Shown piece after piece: positions 7,579 to 15,897 of a stretch of DNA of 37,468 bases. The position numbers and the translations under genes are program-made. The stretch comes from a virus (lineage: Duplodnaviria > Caudoviricetes). Location: IMG/VR virus record IMGVR_UViG_3300012232_000030, positions 1-37,468 of that record. One strand, 5' to 3'. How positions within the stretch are numbered: position 1 is the stretch's first letter; each line of letters starts with the position of its first letter. The notes under the pieces are model-generated. The model was given only the letters and a program-made list of their open reading frames with translations, had not been told where the DNA came from and did no database searches.

Positions 7579-7800
7579 TCAGCCAGGGGAGGAGGCGACC
7601 GGCGGAGAAAGACGCCAGATGACCGGGGCACCGGCGGCGAGACGGTCGATGATGGAGTCGAGGAGGGTGGTGGTCCCCGCCGCCACGATGGGGGTGTCGT
7701 GGCGGCGGGCCGACCCCTGCCGCGTCACCGAACGGGGAGCGGCGGGAGGGCGGTCATGGTGGATATGTTCGGCGGTCCAGTCACAGTGAGGACAGTTCAC
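7579..7800 (-). CDS. Hypothetical protein with N-terminal CxxC
   Basis: MNCPHCDWTAEHIH; GTGA coupling to the upstream gene. Confidence 0.55.
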   Translation of the reverse strand: MNCPHCDWTAEHIHHDRPPAAPRSVTRQGSARRHDTPIVAAGTTTLLDSIIDRLAAGAPVIWRLSPPVASSPG

Positions 7801-8141
7801 GACGCACCGTCCTCGTCGAGTCGAGCCAAATCCTGTTTGAACAGGGAGATGACGTTCGCCTCGTAGACGAGTCGTTCGTACTGATCCTTGGGCATCGCGT
7901 CCGGTTTCCGCATCTGCGGGGCCGTCATGTAGGAGGTGGGATGTCGGCGGCGGGCGGCGCCCATCTGCTCGGCCATATGGTTCGCGGCGTACCGGTCCTG
8001 GCGGAGTCGGCGGGCCCGTTCAAAGTTGGTGACGGCTCGGCGTTGCTGCCAACGGGTGACGGCATCCCAGGTGATGCCGATGACGGCCAATAGTCCGACG
8101 GTGACACCCCACCAGACGACGACGGTGCGGACGGTGCTCAT
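7797..8141 (-). CDS. Hypothetical protein with N-terminal membrane anchor
   Basis: MSTVRTVVVWWGVTVGLLAVIGITW hydrophobic segment; ATGA overlap with the Xis-like gene stop. Confidence 0.7.
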   Translation of the reverse strand: MSTVRTVVVWWGVTVGLLAVIGITWDAVTRWQQRRAVTNFERARRLRQDRYAANHMAEQMGAARRRHPTSYMTAPQMRKPDAMPKDQYERLVYEANVISLFKQDLARLDEDGAS

Positions 8142-8326
8142 GCGACGGCCTCGGCGCGTTCCGCGGCGAGCGCTTCGACGTCGGCCCGGTTGAAGCGTCG
8201 TTGCCTGCCGGGGGTCCATTCGGCGACGGGGAGGGTTCCGTCGTCGGCCCAGCGGACAACGGTGCGGGGACTGACTGCGAGGATGAGGGCCGCTTGAAGC
8301 GGCGAGAGCATGTCGGACTCGGGCAT
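8138..8326 (-). CDS. Excisionase/Cro-like MerR-type HTH (HTH_17/BldC-like) protein
   Basis: MLSPLQAALILAVSPRTVVRWADDGTL...TPGRQRRF; divergent from the repressor; probably leaderless from ATG 8326. Confidence 0.85.
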   Translation of the reverse strand: MPESDMLSPLQAALILAVSPRTVVRWADDGTLPVAEWTPGRQRRFNRADVEALAAERAEAVA

Positions 8327-8333
8327 GTGTCCG

Positions 8334-8363
8334 ACTCTAGACATATGTCCGACACTGTGTCAA
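8334..8363 (-). promoter_or_regulatory. Early lytic SigA-type promoter TTGACA-N18-TAGAGT
   Basis: -35 TTGACA at 8363-8358 and -10 TAGAGT at 8339-8334; predicted +1 falls at or next to ATG 8326. Confidence 0.75.
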
Positions 8364-8394
8364 CAAATACGTAGCGGACCACACCCACACCCGT

Positions 8395-8400
8395 CATAAT
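8395..8400 (+). promoter_or_regulatory. -10 element (CATAAT) of the repressor promoter
   Basis: CATAAT 7 nt upstream of ATG 8408, consistent with a leaderless repressor mRNA; no clear -35. Confidence 0.55.
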
Positions 8401-8407
8401 GTCCGAC

Positions 8408-8707
8408 ATGAGCATGTACATGAGGACGGACGAAGGTCACGTCCCCACCTGGTCGTTCTGCGACCGTCTACGCAAAGCCCGAGAATCCGCCGGGCTCGAA
8501 CAAGCCGCCCTAGCCGCCCTCCTCGGCAAGAAGCGATCCACCGTCTCCAACTGGGAGCGTGGCGCCAACCGGCCCGACGAACTCGCCCTCCGGGCGATCG
8601 CCTACCACACCGGCGTCCGCTACGACTGGCTGACCGGTGCTGATACGGAGGCAAATATCATCGGATATACATTTCTCCCAGTTGACGAATTGCCTCTTGC
8701 GGCGTGA
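8408..8707 (+). CDS. Immunity repressor, XRE-family HTH, with ssrA-like C-terminal tag
   Basis: DRLRKARESAGLEQAALAALLGKKRSTVSNWERG HTH; ends DELPLAA; directly upstream of the integrase. Confidence 0.9.
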   Translation: MSMYMRTDEGHVPTWSFCDRLRKARESAGLEQAALAALLGKKRSTVSNWERGANRPDELALRAIAYHTGVRYDWLTGADTEANIIGYTFLPVDELPLAA

Positions 8708-9603
8708 CCCGAAACGTGATCTATATTCACCGACCATCGGCGGAGGTAGGGGAACCTCCCACGACGGCGGGGGTGGACATGGCGACGACATGGGTTCAAC
8801 GTTTCTCGGCACACCAACGGTTTCGGAGCCTGTCACCGGAAACGGTTCGGCGGCGCCGTGAAACGTTGGAACAGTTCCAACGGTTCCTTGATCCGACAAC
8901 ATTGATCGAGGCAAGGGCCGACGACATAGAACAATTCTTGGCCTGTAAACGTGCGGCCCGCACCCGACACGCCTACCGCTCCGACCTGAGAGTGTTCTAC
9001 CAGTGGCTTGCCGATAAAGGAGTCATTGTGTCGTCGCCAGCGGCGAAAGTGGCACAGATCAAAGTTCCGAAGTCGCTGCCCCGCCCCCTCTCGGTGGCGG
9101 ATTCGATGGGTGCCCTCGTCCACGGCGACAGGCGGGTGCGGCGGATGGTGGCCCTCGCCTTGTTCTGCGGGATGCGGTGCCATGAGATCGCCGGCCTGTT
9201 ATCCGAGGACGTGTGGACGCATGGTGAACCGCCGGTGATTGTGGTGCGGCATGGGAAGGGCAACAAGGATCGGACGATCCCGTTGCATCCGATGGTGCGG
9301 GAACTGCTGCTCGATCTGCCGGCGTCGGGGCCGGTGTTCCCCGGAGCGACCGGCCCGACGATGCGACCCGCCTCAGTCGGGCAGGCGATCAAACACCATT
9401 TGGAGGCGACCGGCATCGACGGCACCCCACATCAGCTGCGTCACACGTTCGGCACCGAGCTCGCTAGGGCGTCGGGCGGTGACATGGTGTTGACGGCGGC
9501 GTTGATGGGCCATGAGTCGATGACGACGACGATGGGATATGTCAGGTTGACGGCGGGACGCGCTGGTGAGGTGGTCGCGGACATGTTCGGACCGTCGTCG
9601 TGA
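8704..9603 (+). CDS. int: Tyrosine integrase (short, XerC-like)
   Basis: Catalytic GMRCHE, GKGNKDR, HQLRH, LMGHES and Y (MGY); alternative start ATG 8779. Confidence 0.95.
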   Translation: MTRNVIYIHRPSAEVGEPPTTAGVDMATTWVQRFSAHQRFRSLSPETVRRRRETLEQFQRFLDPTTLIEARADDIEQFLACKRAARTRHAYRSDLRVFYQWLADKGVIVSSPAAKVAQIKVPKSLPRPLSVADSMGALVHGDRRVRRMVALALFCGMRCHEIAGLLSEDVWTHGEPPVIVVRHGKGNKDRTIPLHPMVRELLLDLPASGPVFPGATGPTMRPASVGQAIKHHLEATGIDGTPHQLRHTFGTELARASGGDMVLTAALMGHESMTTTMGYVRLTAGRAGEVVADMFGPSS

Positions 9604-9665
9604 CATTTCGCCCGCACCCCGGTGACCCCCCGACTAACGTCATGACGCTGGAAAGTGAGACTGCT

Positions 9666-9914
9666 ATGAATGTGCGTGGTGTCCCGTTGATCATCATCGG
9701 CGTTTGTGCCGTGATCGCCGCCGGCCTCTGGCGGCTACTCGAGGAGCCGACCCGGACCGCCGTCCGCATGGCCGAAATCATGGGCAACTCAACGCCGGAG
9801 GCGCCGATCGTCGGCCCGATCATCCTGGCAGTGGCCGGGGCGTTCCTGGTCCTGTTGGGCGTCATCTTGCATGCTGCCCCAGAACGCGCAGCAGCCCCCC
9901 ACCCCGAAGGGTGA
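9666..9914 (+). CDS. Two-TM membrane protein in the lysogeny module
   Basis: MNVRGVPLIIIGVCAVIAAGLW and IVGPIILAVAGAFLVLLGVIL hydrophobic helices; co-oriented with rep and int. Confidence 0.7.
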   Translation: MNVRGVPLIIIGVCAVIAAGLWRLLEEPTRTAVRMAEIMGNSTPEAPIVGPIILAVAGAFLVLLGVILHAAPERAAAPHPEG

Positions 9915-9921
9915 GGGGCTG
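9892..9921. terminator. Hairpin at the convergence of the lysogeny and late operons
   Basis: CAGCCCC-CC-ACCC-CGAA-GGGT-GA-GGGGCTG stem-loop between convergent genes; weak U-tract. Confidence 0.6.
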
Positions 9922-9941
9922 TTCGGTCGAACTGGGTTGGG

Positions 9942-10037
9942 TCAGTAGTCGTAGAGGTCTGTGCGCAGCACGTATCGGGCGACGGAGAACAGGTAGCCGG
10001 CGACGACGACCAGCACCGTCAACACCATCGTCTTCAC
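9942..10037 (-). CDS. Small membrane peptide, 31 aa (not in ORF track)
   Basis: MKTMVLTVLVVVAGYLFSVARYVLRTDLYDY; GTGA coupling to the upstream gene. Confidence 0.5.
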   Translation of the reverse strand: MKTMVLTVLVVVAGYLFSVARYVLRTDLYDY

Positions 10038-10198
10038 CGCAACAGGTCCTTCAACTCGCCGATGACGGTGTAGGCGCGGGCAATGTTGTCGTCGACCCGT
10101 TCGAGCAGGGCACAGAAGTCGACGGTGACAACCAGCGGCGACGGCTGCGACACCGTCTCCTCGAGCTCGGCGATGACACGATCCGTCTTTTTGCTCAC
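10034..10198 (-). CDS. Hypothetical protein, 54 aa
   Basis: MSKKTDRVIAELEE...; GTGA overlaps at both ends. Confidence 0.6.
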   Translation of the reverse strand: MSKKTDRVIAELEETVSQPSPLVVTVDFCALLERVDDNIARAYTVIGELKDLLR

Positions 10199-10515
10199 GG
10201 GACGACCGCCAGTGTGCGACCCTTCACAAACAGGCGTTCCTCCCAGGCGGCGATCATCGCCGTCGACACGTCGATCGTCACCGTCACAATCTGCGCCGGA
10301 TAACTGTCGGGGATCGTCCAATCCGCCACCACGCGCACCGTCCCCGCCACATTGTCGACAGTCACCGTCTCCCCCGTCAACGCCGTAGTCGTCCCGGCGG
10401 CGTCGGTGACCGCCACCTGGGCGGTGGAGCCGACGACGGAGACGGCGGGGTCGACACGCGTGAAGGTGCGGTCGATGTGGGCGATGTTCCCGGCCCTAAT
10501 CGTTGTGATCGTCAT
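10195..10515 (-). CDS. Small beta-rich protein, possible fibre/baseplate accessory
   Basis: 106-aa beta-strand-rich ORF coupled (ATGA) to the 984-aa gene, GGAGG RBS. Confidence 0.65.
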   Translation of the reverse strand: MTITTIRAGNIAHIDRTFTRVDPAVSVVGSTAQVAVTDAAGTTTALTGETVTVDNVAGTVRVVADWTIPDSYPAQIVTVTIDVSTAMIAAWEERLFVKGRTLAVVP

Positions 10516-13466
10516 TCGGCCTCCGTGGTGGTGATGGCGCCGCCGGATGTGACCGCGACGGTGATTGTGCCGGTCGAATCGGTGACACGGATCGTGCCGG
10601 TCGACGTCGCCCCGGTCGTCGCCGCAGCCGACGTCGCCAACGCCGCAGCGATCGACACCGCCAACGCGATGACGTTCGGGTTGACGACATACCCGAAACG
10701 CAATGTGGGGGCCGGTATCACCGCCGACAACGTGATCGTGTTCGGTGTCGCCGTCGACGCGGACGTCCCCGACGCGGTCGCGGCGGGGATGGTGACGGTC
10801 AACGGGATGACGGCCGGTGTCGCAGTCTTCGACGCTTGCGGCAGGGCCGCCGGCATCGTCACCGTCAGCACAGTGGCCGCTGGGAGAGCCGTAGACGCGG
10901 CTTGCGGGGTTGTCTGGGGGATGGTGACCGTCGTCGTGATGACGGCCGGGGTGGCGGTCCCGGTGGACGCACCTGTCGCCGAGGCTTGCGGCACAGCGAC
11001 TGCGAGCGGGATGACGGCGGGGGACACTGTCGCACCGCCAGCGGTGACCGCCTGCGGGATGGTGACGGTCAGCGTCGTCGCCGCCGGCAACACGACCGCA
11101 CCACCCTGGGTGACGGCCTGAGGGACGGTGACCGACAGCGGGATCACGGCCGGTAACGCGGTGGCGGAGCCGCCTCCGGTCGCCGCCACCTGCGGGACAG
11201 TCACAGTCAACGGGATGACGTCGACACCGACCGTCGACCCGGCAGACACCGCCGGGTCGAATGCGACAGCAAGCGGGATGACAGCTGGTGCGGCGGCCGC
11301 ATGCCCGGCCCCTGTCGCCGCCGGCACCGTCACAGATCGGGCGATCACCGCCGGCGCCGCCGTACCAGCACTACCCCCCGACCCGGTCGCCGCAGGCACC
11401 GCCACCGCACGGGCAATCACCGCCGGCAACACCACCGTGCCTGCCAACGGAGTCGCCGCAGGGGTCGCAACCGTCAACGCTGTCACCGTCGGCGTCGCCG
11501 TCGCCGTCGCCCCCGTTGACGCCGCCGGCACCGCCACAGCACGGGCGATCACTGCCGGGGCTGTCACAGTCCCCGCCTGCGGGGTCGCCGCCGGCATCGC
11601 CGCCGCCAACGCGATCACAGCCGGCGTCGCCGTCCCATCGGTGCCGCCGGCCCCGATCGTCCACTGCGGGGTGACCGTATACGTGTCGAGCGGGGTCGCC
11701 CCTGTGTACACCCGGAACTGGTAGATGTCGGTGTTGGCGGCCGGTGACTGGGCCTGAAGCGACCACTCCACTTCGGTGTAGAAGTCGGCGGCGATGTCGA
11801 TCGCGTCGGTGCCGTTTTCGTCGTCCCACATGCGGCCCGCAGTGAAATCGCTGGTCGTCTTCCCGGACGGGGCCGTTAGTTGGGCGGTCGTCGCTACACC
11901 GCCAGCGGTGATGTTCGCCGACGGGGAAACGTAGATCGGTGGGGTGGGGGCTGTGGCCGGGTGGACGATGATTGTCTGGGCGCGCCAGGCGGCCGACACG
12001 GCCATCGTGAACGTGGCAGGGTCCTCGGCGGAACCCGACGTGTTGGTGCGAGAAGCGGCACCGATCAAACCGCCAAGGTTCGTGCCTACAGTGCCGCACG
12101 ACTTTTGGAGTAGGCCCGTGTAGTTCGTGGGTGCCGCAGTGACCCAGGTGTCGTCGTCGGCTTCCTCGCCTGCACTCCCGAAGAATGCGATGAACAGGTA
12201 CGGCTTCGAGGTGCCGGCGGTCGGTGTGACGGACGGAGGATTCGGGGTGGTCGATGTGCCTGTGGCCGTCGTGCCGATCTGCGGTGTGATCGTCTTGTCG
12301 ACGCCCGAAATGCGGTAGGCGATCGAAGCGGAACGTGTCGATCCCGACGACGTGAACGTGGGGGTGGTCGGCACCCCGGTACCTGTATACGTCAGGATCT
12401 TCAACCCGTTGGCGGCGGATTCGTCGAGGACCTCCGTCCAGTCCGTCAACGAGTTCAACGTCGCCGACGTCGACCCGATGTCCATGACGATCAACACGAG
12501 GTCGGTCGAGGCGATCGACGCAGGAAGTGTGATGGCGTGACTCGTACCGGCGGTGGACACGGCCGTCTCGGCGGTTGTCTCAATGACTGGGGCGGTCTGT
12601 GTGCCGGTCGATCCGACGTTGACCGGCAGGTAGGTGCCGTCAGTCGACTTCTTGTAGTACAGCTTCGGCGCCGCCGACGGGGAGTCGCCGGCCGTGTTGA
12701 CCAGGGCACGCAGCCGGATGTTCGCTGCGAGCGGCGCCGTAACGTCCGTGTCCTGCGCCGCCGCCCATGTCGCCGTCGTCTCCGACCCGTCGTCGTTACG
12801 CCACCGGAACCCTTCCTGGTCGACGGCAGCGTCGAACGTGACGGTCCCGTTGACTGTCAAATGGCGGGCGTTGCCGGACGCATCATTGGCGTCGGACCCG
12901 AGCGGATAGTGCGCCCACAAGCTCGCCGTCTTCACGACCGCCGACAGCGAGTTCCACTCCGCTTCGAACTCGGCTTGGGTGAGCGCCGCGGTCCAGATGC
13001 GGGCCTGTTTCACGGCACCGTTCAAAAATTCGCCGAACGAGTTGTTGCCGATGTAGAGGGGGGCGGTGCCGGATTTGCCGGTGGTGCGTGTCGCCGAGCG
13101 GATTGTGAGTGACGATCCGGTTTCGCCGGTACCACGCACGGCGAGCGTGGCGCCGGTCGCCGAGTTGTAGGAGCCGCCAACGAAATGCCACGTCGACCCG
13201 ACGGCCAGGGCAGGGAACGCCCCGCCGGCCCCGGTGCTGCTGCCCAACCCGTTCGCCTCGCCGTCGTTGAACACGGGCATCGTCCCGTCGACTTCGGTGC
13301 CGCAGCCGATGTAGAAGGCGCCACCCGAATCGAACGTCGGACCGTACGCCGAGAAGTCGTTGCGGTCGACCGCCACCTGAACCAGCGCACAAAACGACCA
13401 TGACCCGGAACGGGCCGCCGACGCCAACGTGAGACTGTCCGTCGACCCGTCGAAATGTGCCGCCAC
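10512..13466 (-). CDS. Large virion adhesin/fibre: N-terminal LamG/ConA-like domain, central domains, C-terminal Ala/Thr/Pro/Val repeats
   Basis: TWHFVGGSYN...LYIGN...FLNGAVKQARIWTAALTQAE LamG signature; repeated TPAVIPLAVAVPAA-type units. Confidence 0.8.
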   Translation of the reverse strand: MAAHFDGSTDSLTLASAARSGSWSFCALVQVAVDRNDFSAYGPTFDSGGAFYIGCGTEVDGTMPVFNDGEANGLGSSTGAGGAFPALAVGSTWHFVGGSYNSATGATLAVRGTGETGSSLTIRSATRTTGKSGTAPLYIGNNSFGEFLNGAVKQARIWTAALTQAEFEAEWNSLSAVVKTASLWAHYPLGSDANDASGNARHLTVNGTVTFDAAVDQEGFRWRNDDGSETTATWAAAQDTDVTAPLAANIRLRALVNTAGDSPSAAPKLYYKKSTDGTYLPVNVGSTGTQTAPVIETTAETAVSTAGTSHAITLPASIASTDLVLIVMDIGSTSATLNSLTDWTEVLDESAANGLKILTYTGTGVPTTPTFTSSGSTRSASIAYRISGVDKTITPQIGTTATGTSTTPNPPSVTPTAGTSKPYLFIAFFGSAGEEADDDTWVTAAPTNYTGLLQKSCGTVGTNLGGLIGAASRTNTSGSAEDPATFTMAVSAAWRAQTIIVHPATAPTPPIYVSPSANITAGGVATTAQLTAPSGKTTSDFTAGRMWDDENGTDAIDIAADFYTEVEWSLQAQSPAANTDIYQFRVYTGATPLDTYTVTPQWTIGAGGTDGTATPAVIALAAAMPAATPQAGTVTAPAVIARAVAVPAASTGATATATPTVTALTVATPAATPLAGTVVLPAVIARAVAVPAATGSGGSAGTAAPAVIARSVTVPAATGAGHAAAAPAVIPLAVAFDPAVSAGSTVGVDVIPLTVTVPQVAATGGGSATALPAVIPLSVTVPQAVTQGGAVVLPAATTLTVTIPQAVTAGGATVSPAVIPLAVAVPQASATGASTGTATPAVITTTVTIPQTTPQAASTALPAATVLTVTMPAALPQASKTATPAVIPLTVTIPAATASGTSASTATPNTITLSAVIPAPTLRFGYVVNPNVIALAVSIAAALATSAAATTGATSTGTIRVTDSTGTITVAVTSGGAITTTEAE
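10600..11640 (-). repeat. Imperfect ~20-25-aa tandem protein repeats (ATPAVIxLxVxxPxA); boundaries approximate
   Basis: Roughly 15 or more recurrences of PAVI(A/P)(R/L)(A/S/T)V in the translation. Confidence 0.8.
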
Positions 13467-13469
13467 GGT

Positions 13470-14810
13470 TCAGCCTCCGTCCACGACGAGCACAAAATCG
13501 CGTGACGTGTCCGCATGCGCCGCCGGCAACGTCACCGACCGGGAAGCGTTCTGCGCCTCAGACGCCGCGATCGTCGAGAAGGTGCCAGCGGTCGGGTCAT
13601 ACCAACGCAGGCGGACGTTGCCGGTACCGGCGATGATCGTCGTGTCAACCACAACGGTGCGGTTGTCGGGGAAGTAGGCGAGCGCCGCCGTGTTCGACGC
13701 ACCGACAGCCGCCTTCACGTCGCCGACACCGGCCCCAGTCGTCACAAACGCACTGGTTGGCGCGTAGGTGGCGTCTTTGCAGTAGACGTCGATCAGGTCC
13801 CAGCAGTAGCGGGCATCAACCGTCTCATCATCGGAGACAACGGTGTCCCATGTTTCACCGGCTGAGAACAGTTGCGCCGCACCGAACGGCCACCAATCCT
13901 CATGCCCCCAGTTCAACAGGGAGCCGCCCTCGAGAAACACCGAGTAGGAGCGTTCACGCAGCTGCTGGCGGCTACCACCGTAGGCGTCGGTGTTGCCGAC
14001 ATACACCGGTTCACAGTCACCCACCGGGCCCGACACTTCACCGTACGCCCCTTCGGTGACGGTGACCGCAGTGTTCGCCCACGAATACAGACAGTTGACA
14101 GAGAAACGGGTGTCCGTCGACGCGCCCGTCGGGTCATACCAGCCCTGTGAAAACGTGCTGGACGGCTGATTCGTTTCACACCACCGCACCGGCCGCGTCG
14201 ACGCCCCTTCTGTGGCGTTGATGCCATTGAACAGGTTGCGGATACGCACACCGGCCGTGTCCGTAACGGCGAGCGGATCGTCGAACATGACATGCCACAC
14301 AATGTTCGGATAGGCGGCGTACCGGGTGGCGATCGCGACACCGGCGTCATGCATGTTGGTGTTCGTGACCGCGTTCCAGTCGGGGGCGCAGCCGTAGGGG
14401 GTTGGGCTGCCCCAACCGTGGCAGAACGAGAAATGCAACACCAGGCCGAGGCGGGCACATTCCTGCACGACCCAGTCGACGGACGCCCACGCCGCCCCGA
14501 GCGAGCTCGCCCACGGGGTGCCGGTCCAAAAGTTTTGGGCGGCCAGGTTCGTGTACTTGTCCCAACCGGTCGTCCCGCGGTCCTCAGTACCACCGCACCA
14601 GACGGAGACACCGTTGAAATGGTTTTCGGCGACATCCTCGAGCGCGACGGTGATGTTGGCGTTCGACAGGTGCGACGCCAACGACCACGACGAAAACACT
14701 TTCGCCAAATAGACGTTGCCGTTCTGGTCGAGCAGTTTGCGGCCTGAGATCGACGCCGGGTAGAGGGCGGGTGGCGTCCCGAACCTGACCAGAGCGGAAC
14801 GGCTGACCAT
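13470..14810 (-). CDS. DUF4038/apiosidase-like glycoside hydrolase with C-terminal collagen-binding-like domain
   Basis: RKLLDQNGNVYL, IATRYAAYPNIVWHV..D, DCEPVY, and C-terminal LRWYDPTAG...DFVLVV typical of this architecture. Confidence 0.7.
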   Translation of the reverse strand: MVSRSALVRFGTPPALYPASISGRKLLDQNGNVYLAKVFSSWSLASHLSNANITVALEDVAENHFNGVSVWCGGTEDRGTTGWDKYTNLAAQNFWTGTPWASSLGAAWASVDWVVQECARLGLVLHFSFCHGWGSPTPYGCAPDWNAVTNTNMHDAGVAIATRYAAYPNIVWHVMFDDPLAVTDTAGVRIRNLFNGINATEGASTRPVRWCETNQPSSTFSQGWYDPTGASTDTRFSVNCLYSWANTAVTVTEGAYGEVSGPVGDCEPVYVGNTDAYGGSRQQLRERSYSVFLEGGSLLNWGHEDWWPFGAAQLFSAGETWDTVVSDDETVDARYCWDLIDVYCKDATYAPTSAFVTTGAGVGDVKAAVGASNTAALAYFPDNRTVVVDTTIIAGTGNVRLRWYDPTAGTFSTIAASEAQNASRSVTLPAAHADTSRDFVLVVDGG

Positions 14811-14813
14811 CGT

Positions 14814-15257
14814 CTACGGCGTCAAATCCAACGTCATCAAACCGCTTGCACTCCACTGGATGCCGAACGTCCCGTTCGACGTCGACACGGCAGTCACAAA
14901 ATCGTGCAACATGATCAGCTGATCGGTGGCCGACGACCCGACGTTCGTATAGAAGATGGATGCCATCGCGTTGCTGATCGTCGTCGACGCCACCGACACG
15001 TCCGTCGCGTCGAACGTCAACGTCCCCGCCGCAACCGTGATCTCCGTACCCGTCAACGCGACGCCGCCGGCCGCCCAGTTGGTGCCGGTCACCTCGGTTG
15101 CGACGTCGTTGCGGAAATCGTGGGTGTCGAAGTTCGGGGTGTCAGTGTCGGAGTCCAACATCACCTTGTTGTCTTCGGCTTCCCATGACTCGCCGAGCGT
15201 GTCGATGAGCGCCTTCTCGAACGACAGGAAATAAACCCCTGATGCAGTGATCGCCAT
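14814..15257 (-). CDS. Virion structural protein (fibre-associated)
   Basis: DTPNFDTHDF...GGVALTG...LTFDATDV...NGTFGIQW pattern typical of actinophage structural proteins that precede adhesin genes. Confidence 0.65.
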   Translation of the reverse strand: MAITASGVYFLSFEKALIDTLGESWEAEDNKVMLDSDTDTPNFDTHDFRNDVATEVTGTNWAAGGVALTGTEITVAAGTLTFDATDVSVASTTISNAMASIFYTNVGSSATDQLIMLHDFVTAVSTSNGTFGIQWSASGLMTLDLTP

Positions 15258-15260
15258 GGT

Positions 15261-15425
15261 TCAGCCTTCTCTCGATTGGCGGGACGCCTGGCGGGCGGCA
15301 CGCACCTTGTCCTTCAACTCCCGATACTTGTCGGGCTTCATCTTGTCGTCGCCCTTCGCGGCGGCGAGCTCATCCTCGAGTACGGCAAGCTCGAGTTCGG
15401 CTCGCAGATCATCGGCTCTACTCAT
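15261..15425 (-). CDS. Hypothetical helical protein, 54 aa (not in ORF track)
   Basis: MSRADDLRAELELAVLEDELAAAKGDDKMKPDKYRELKDKVRAARQASRQSREG; fills the gap in the operon after GAAGGA. Confidence 0.65.
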   Translation of the reverse strand: MSRADDLRAELELAVLEDELAAAKGDDKMKPDKYRELKDKVRAARQASRQSREG

Positions 15426-15429
15426 TGGG

Positions 15430-15717
15430 TTAATCCTTCAATCGTTGTTTGATTCGGGTACGGATCGTGTCGGGCCGTCCGAAACCGCCGAGACTCGCTG
15501 CGAGCTGTTCGACGTGCAGTTTGACACGGATCGGTGCCGGCCTGACGAGGGCGTCCAGCACGTCGCCGTGTTCGGTCTGTCGGACGGTGCCGGAGTCGTC
15601 GACGGTCACTTTGGCCCGTTCCCCGTTGGGGAGTGTGACTGTCCGTTCACGGGCCCGGAAGCGGAGCAGGTTGACGCCTTTAGGGGGGATCCACAAACCA
15701 GCGGCCGTACGTTTCAT
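15430..15717 (-). CDS. Hypothetical protein, 95 aa
   Basis: ATGA coupling, same operon, plausible globular sequence. Confidence 0.65.
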   Translation of the reverse strand: MKRTAAGLWIPPKGVNLLRFRARERTVTLPNGERAKVTVDDSGTVRQTEHGDVLDALVRPAPIRVKLHVEQLAASLGGFGRPDTIRTRIKQRLKD

Positions 15718-15896
15718 AGGGCGAGAAACCCGAGTGCCACCGCCGCGAGGCCAGCCGCGACAAGAAGGCCTCCGAGCGCCCAGCCGGCGGGGCGGGCGAT
15801 GATCAACACGACTTCGATGACGAACAGGATGACGGCGATCAGGAACATGACTTCGGCGAAGTCGGGTGAATGCATGATGACGGCGAGCGTGGACAT
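15714..15896 (-). CDS. Two-TM membrane protein (lysis region)
   Basis: MSTLAVIMH...FLIAVILFVIEVVLII...LGGLLVAAGLAAVALGFLAL; AGGAGG RBS. Confidence 0.7.
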   Translation of the reverse strand: MSTLAVIMHSPDFAEVMFLIAVILFVIEVVLIIARPAGWALGGLLVAAGLAAVALGFLAL

Positions 15897-15897
15897 T

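Larger units (their letters stand above)
8311..8408. promoter_or_regulatory. Operator array TGTC(C/G)GAC(A/T), four copies
   Basis: TGTCGGACT 8311-8319, TGTCCGACT 8328-8336, TGTCCGACA 8346-8354 and 8400-8408, overlapping both divergent promoters. Confidence 0.7.

Noticed and set aside
8640-8707. tRNA- or tmRNA-derived attP core, or a canonical dif site
   Set aside because: No T-loop GTTCGA/CCA tRNA segment and no TTATGT(T/C)AA XerD arm are visible; only a generic AT-rich inverted repeat
10600-11640. Repeats as a CRISPR array or diversity-generating retroelement template
   Set aside because: Repeats are degenerate at DNA level and conserved only as protein; no reverse transcriptase gene in the window
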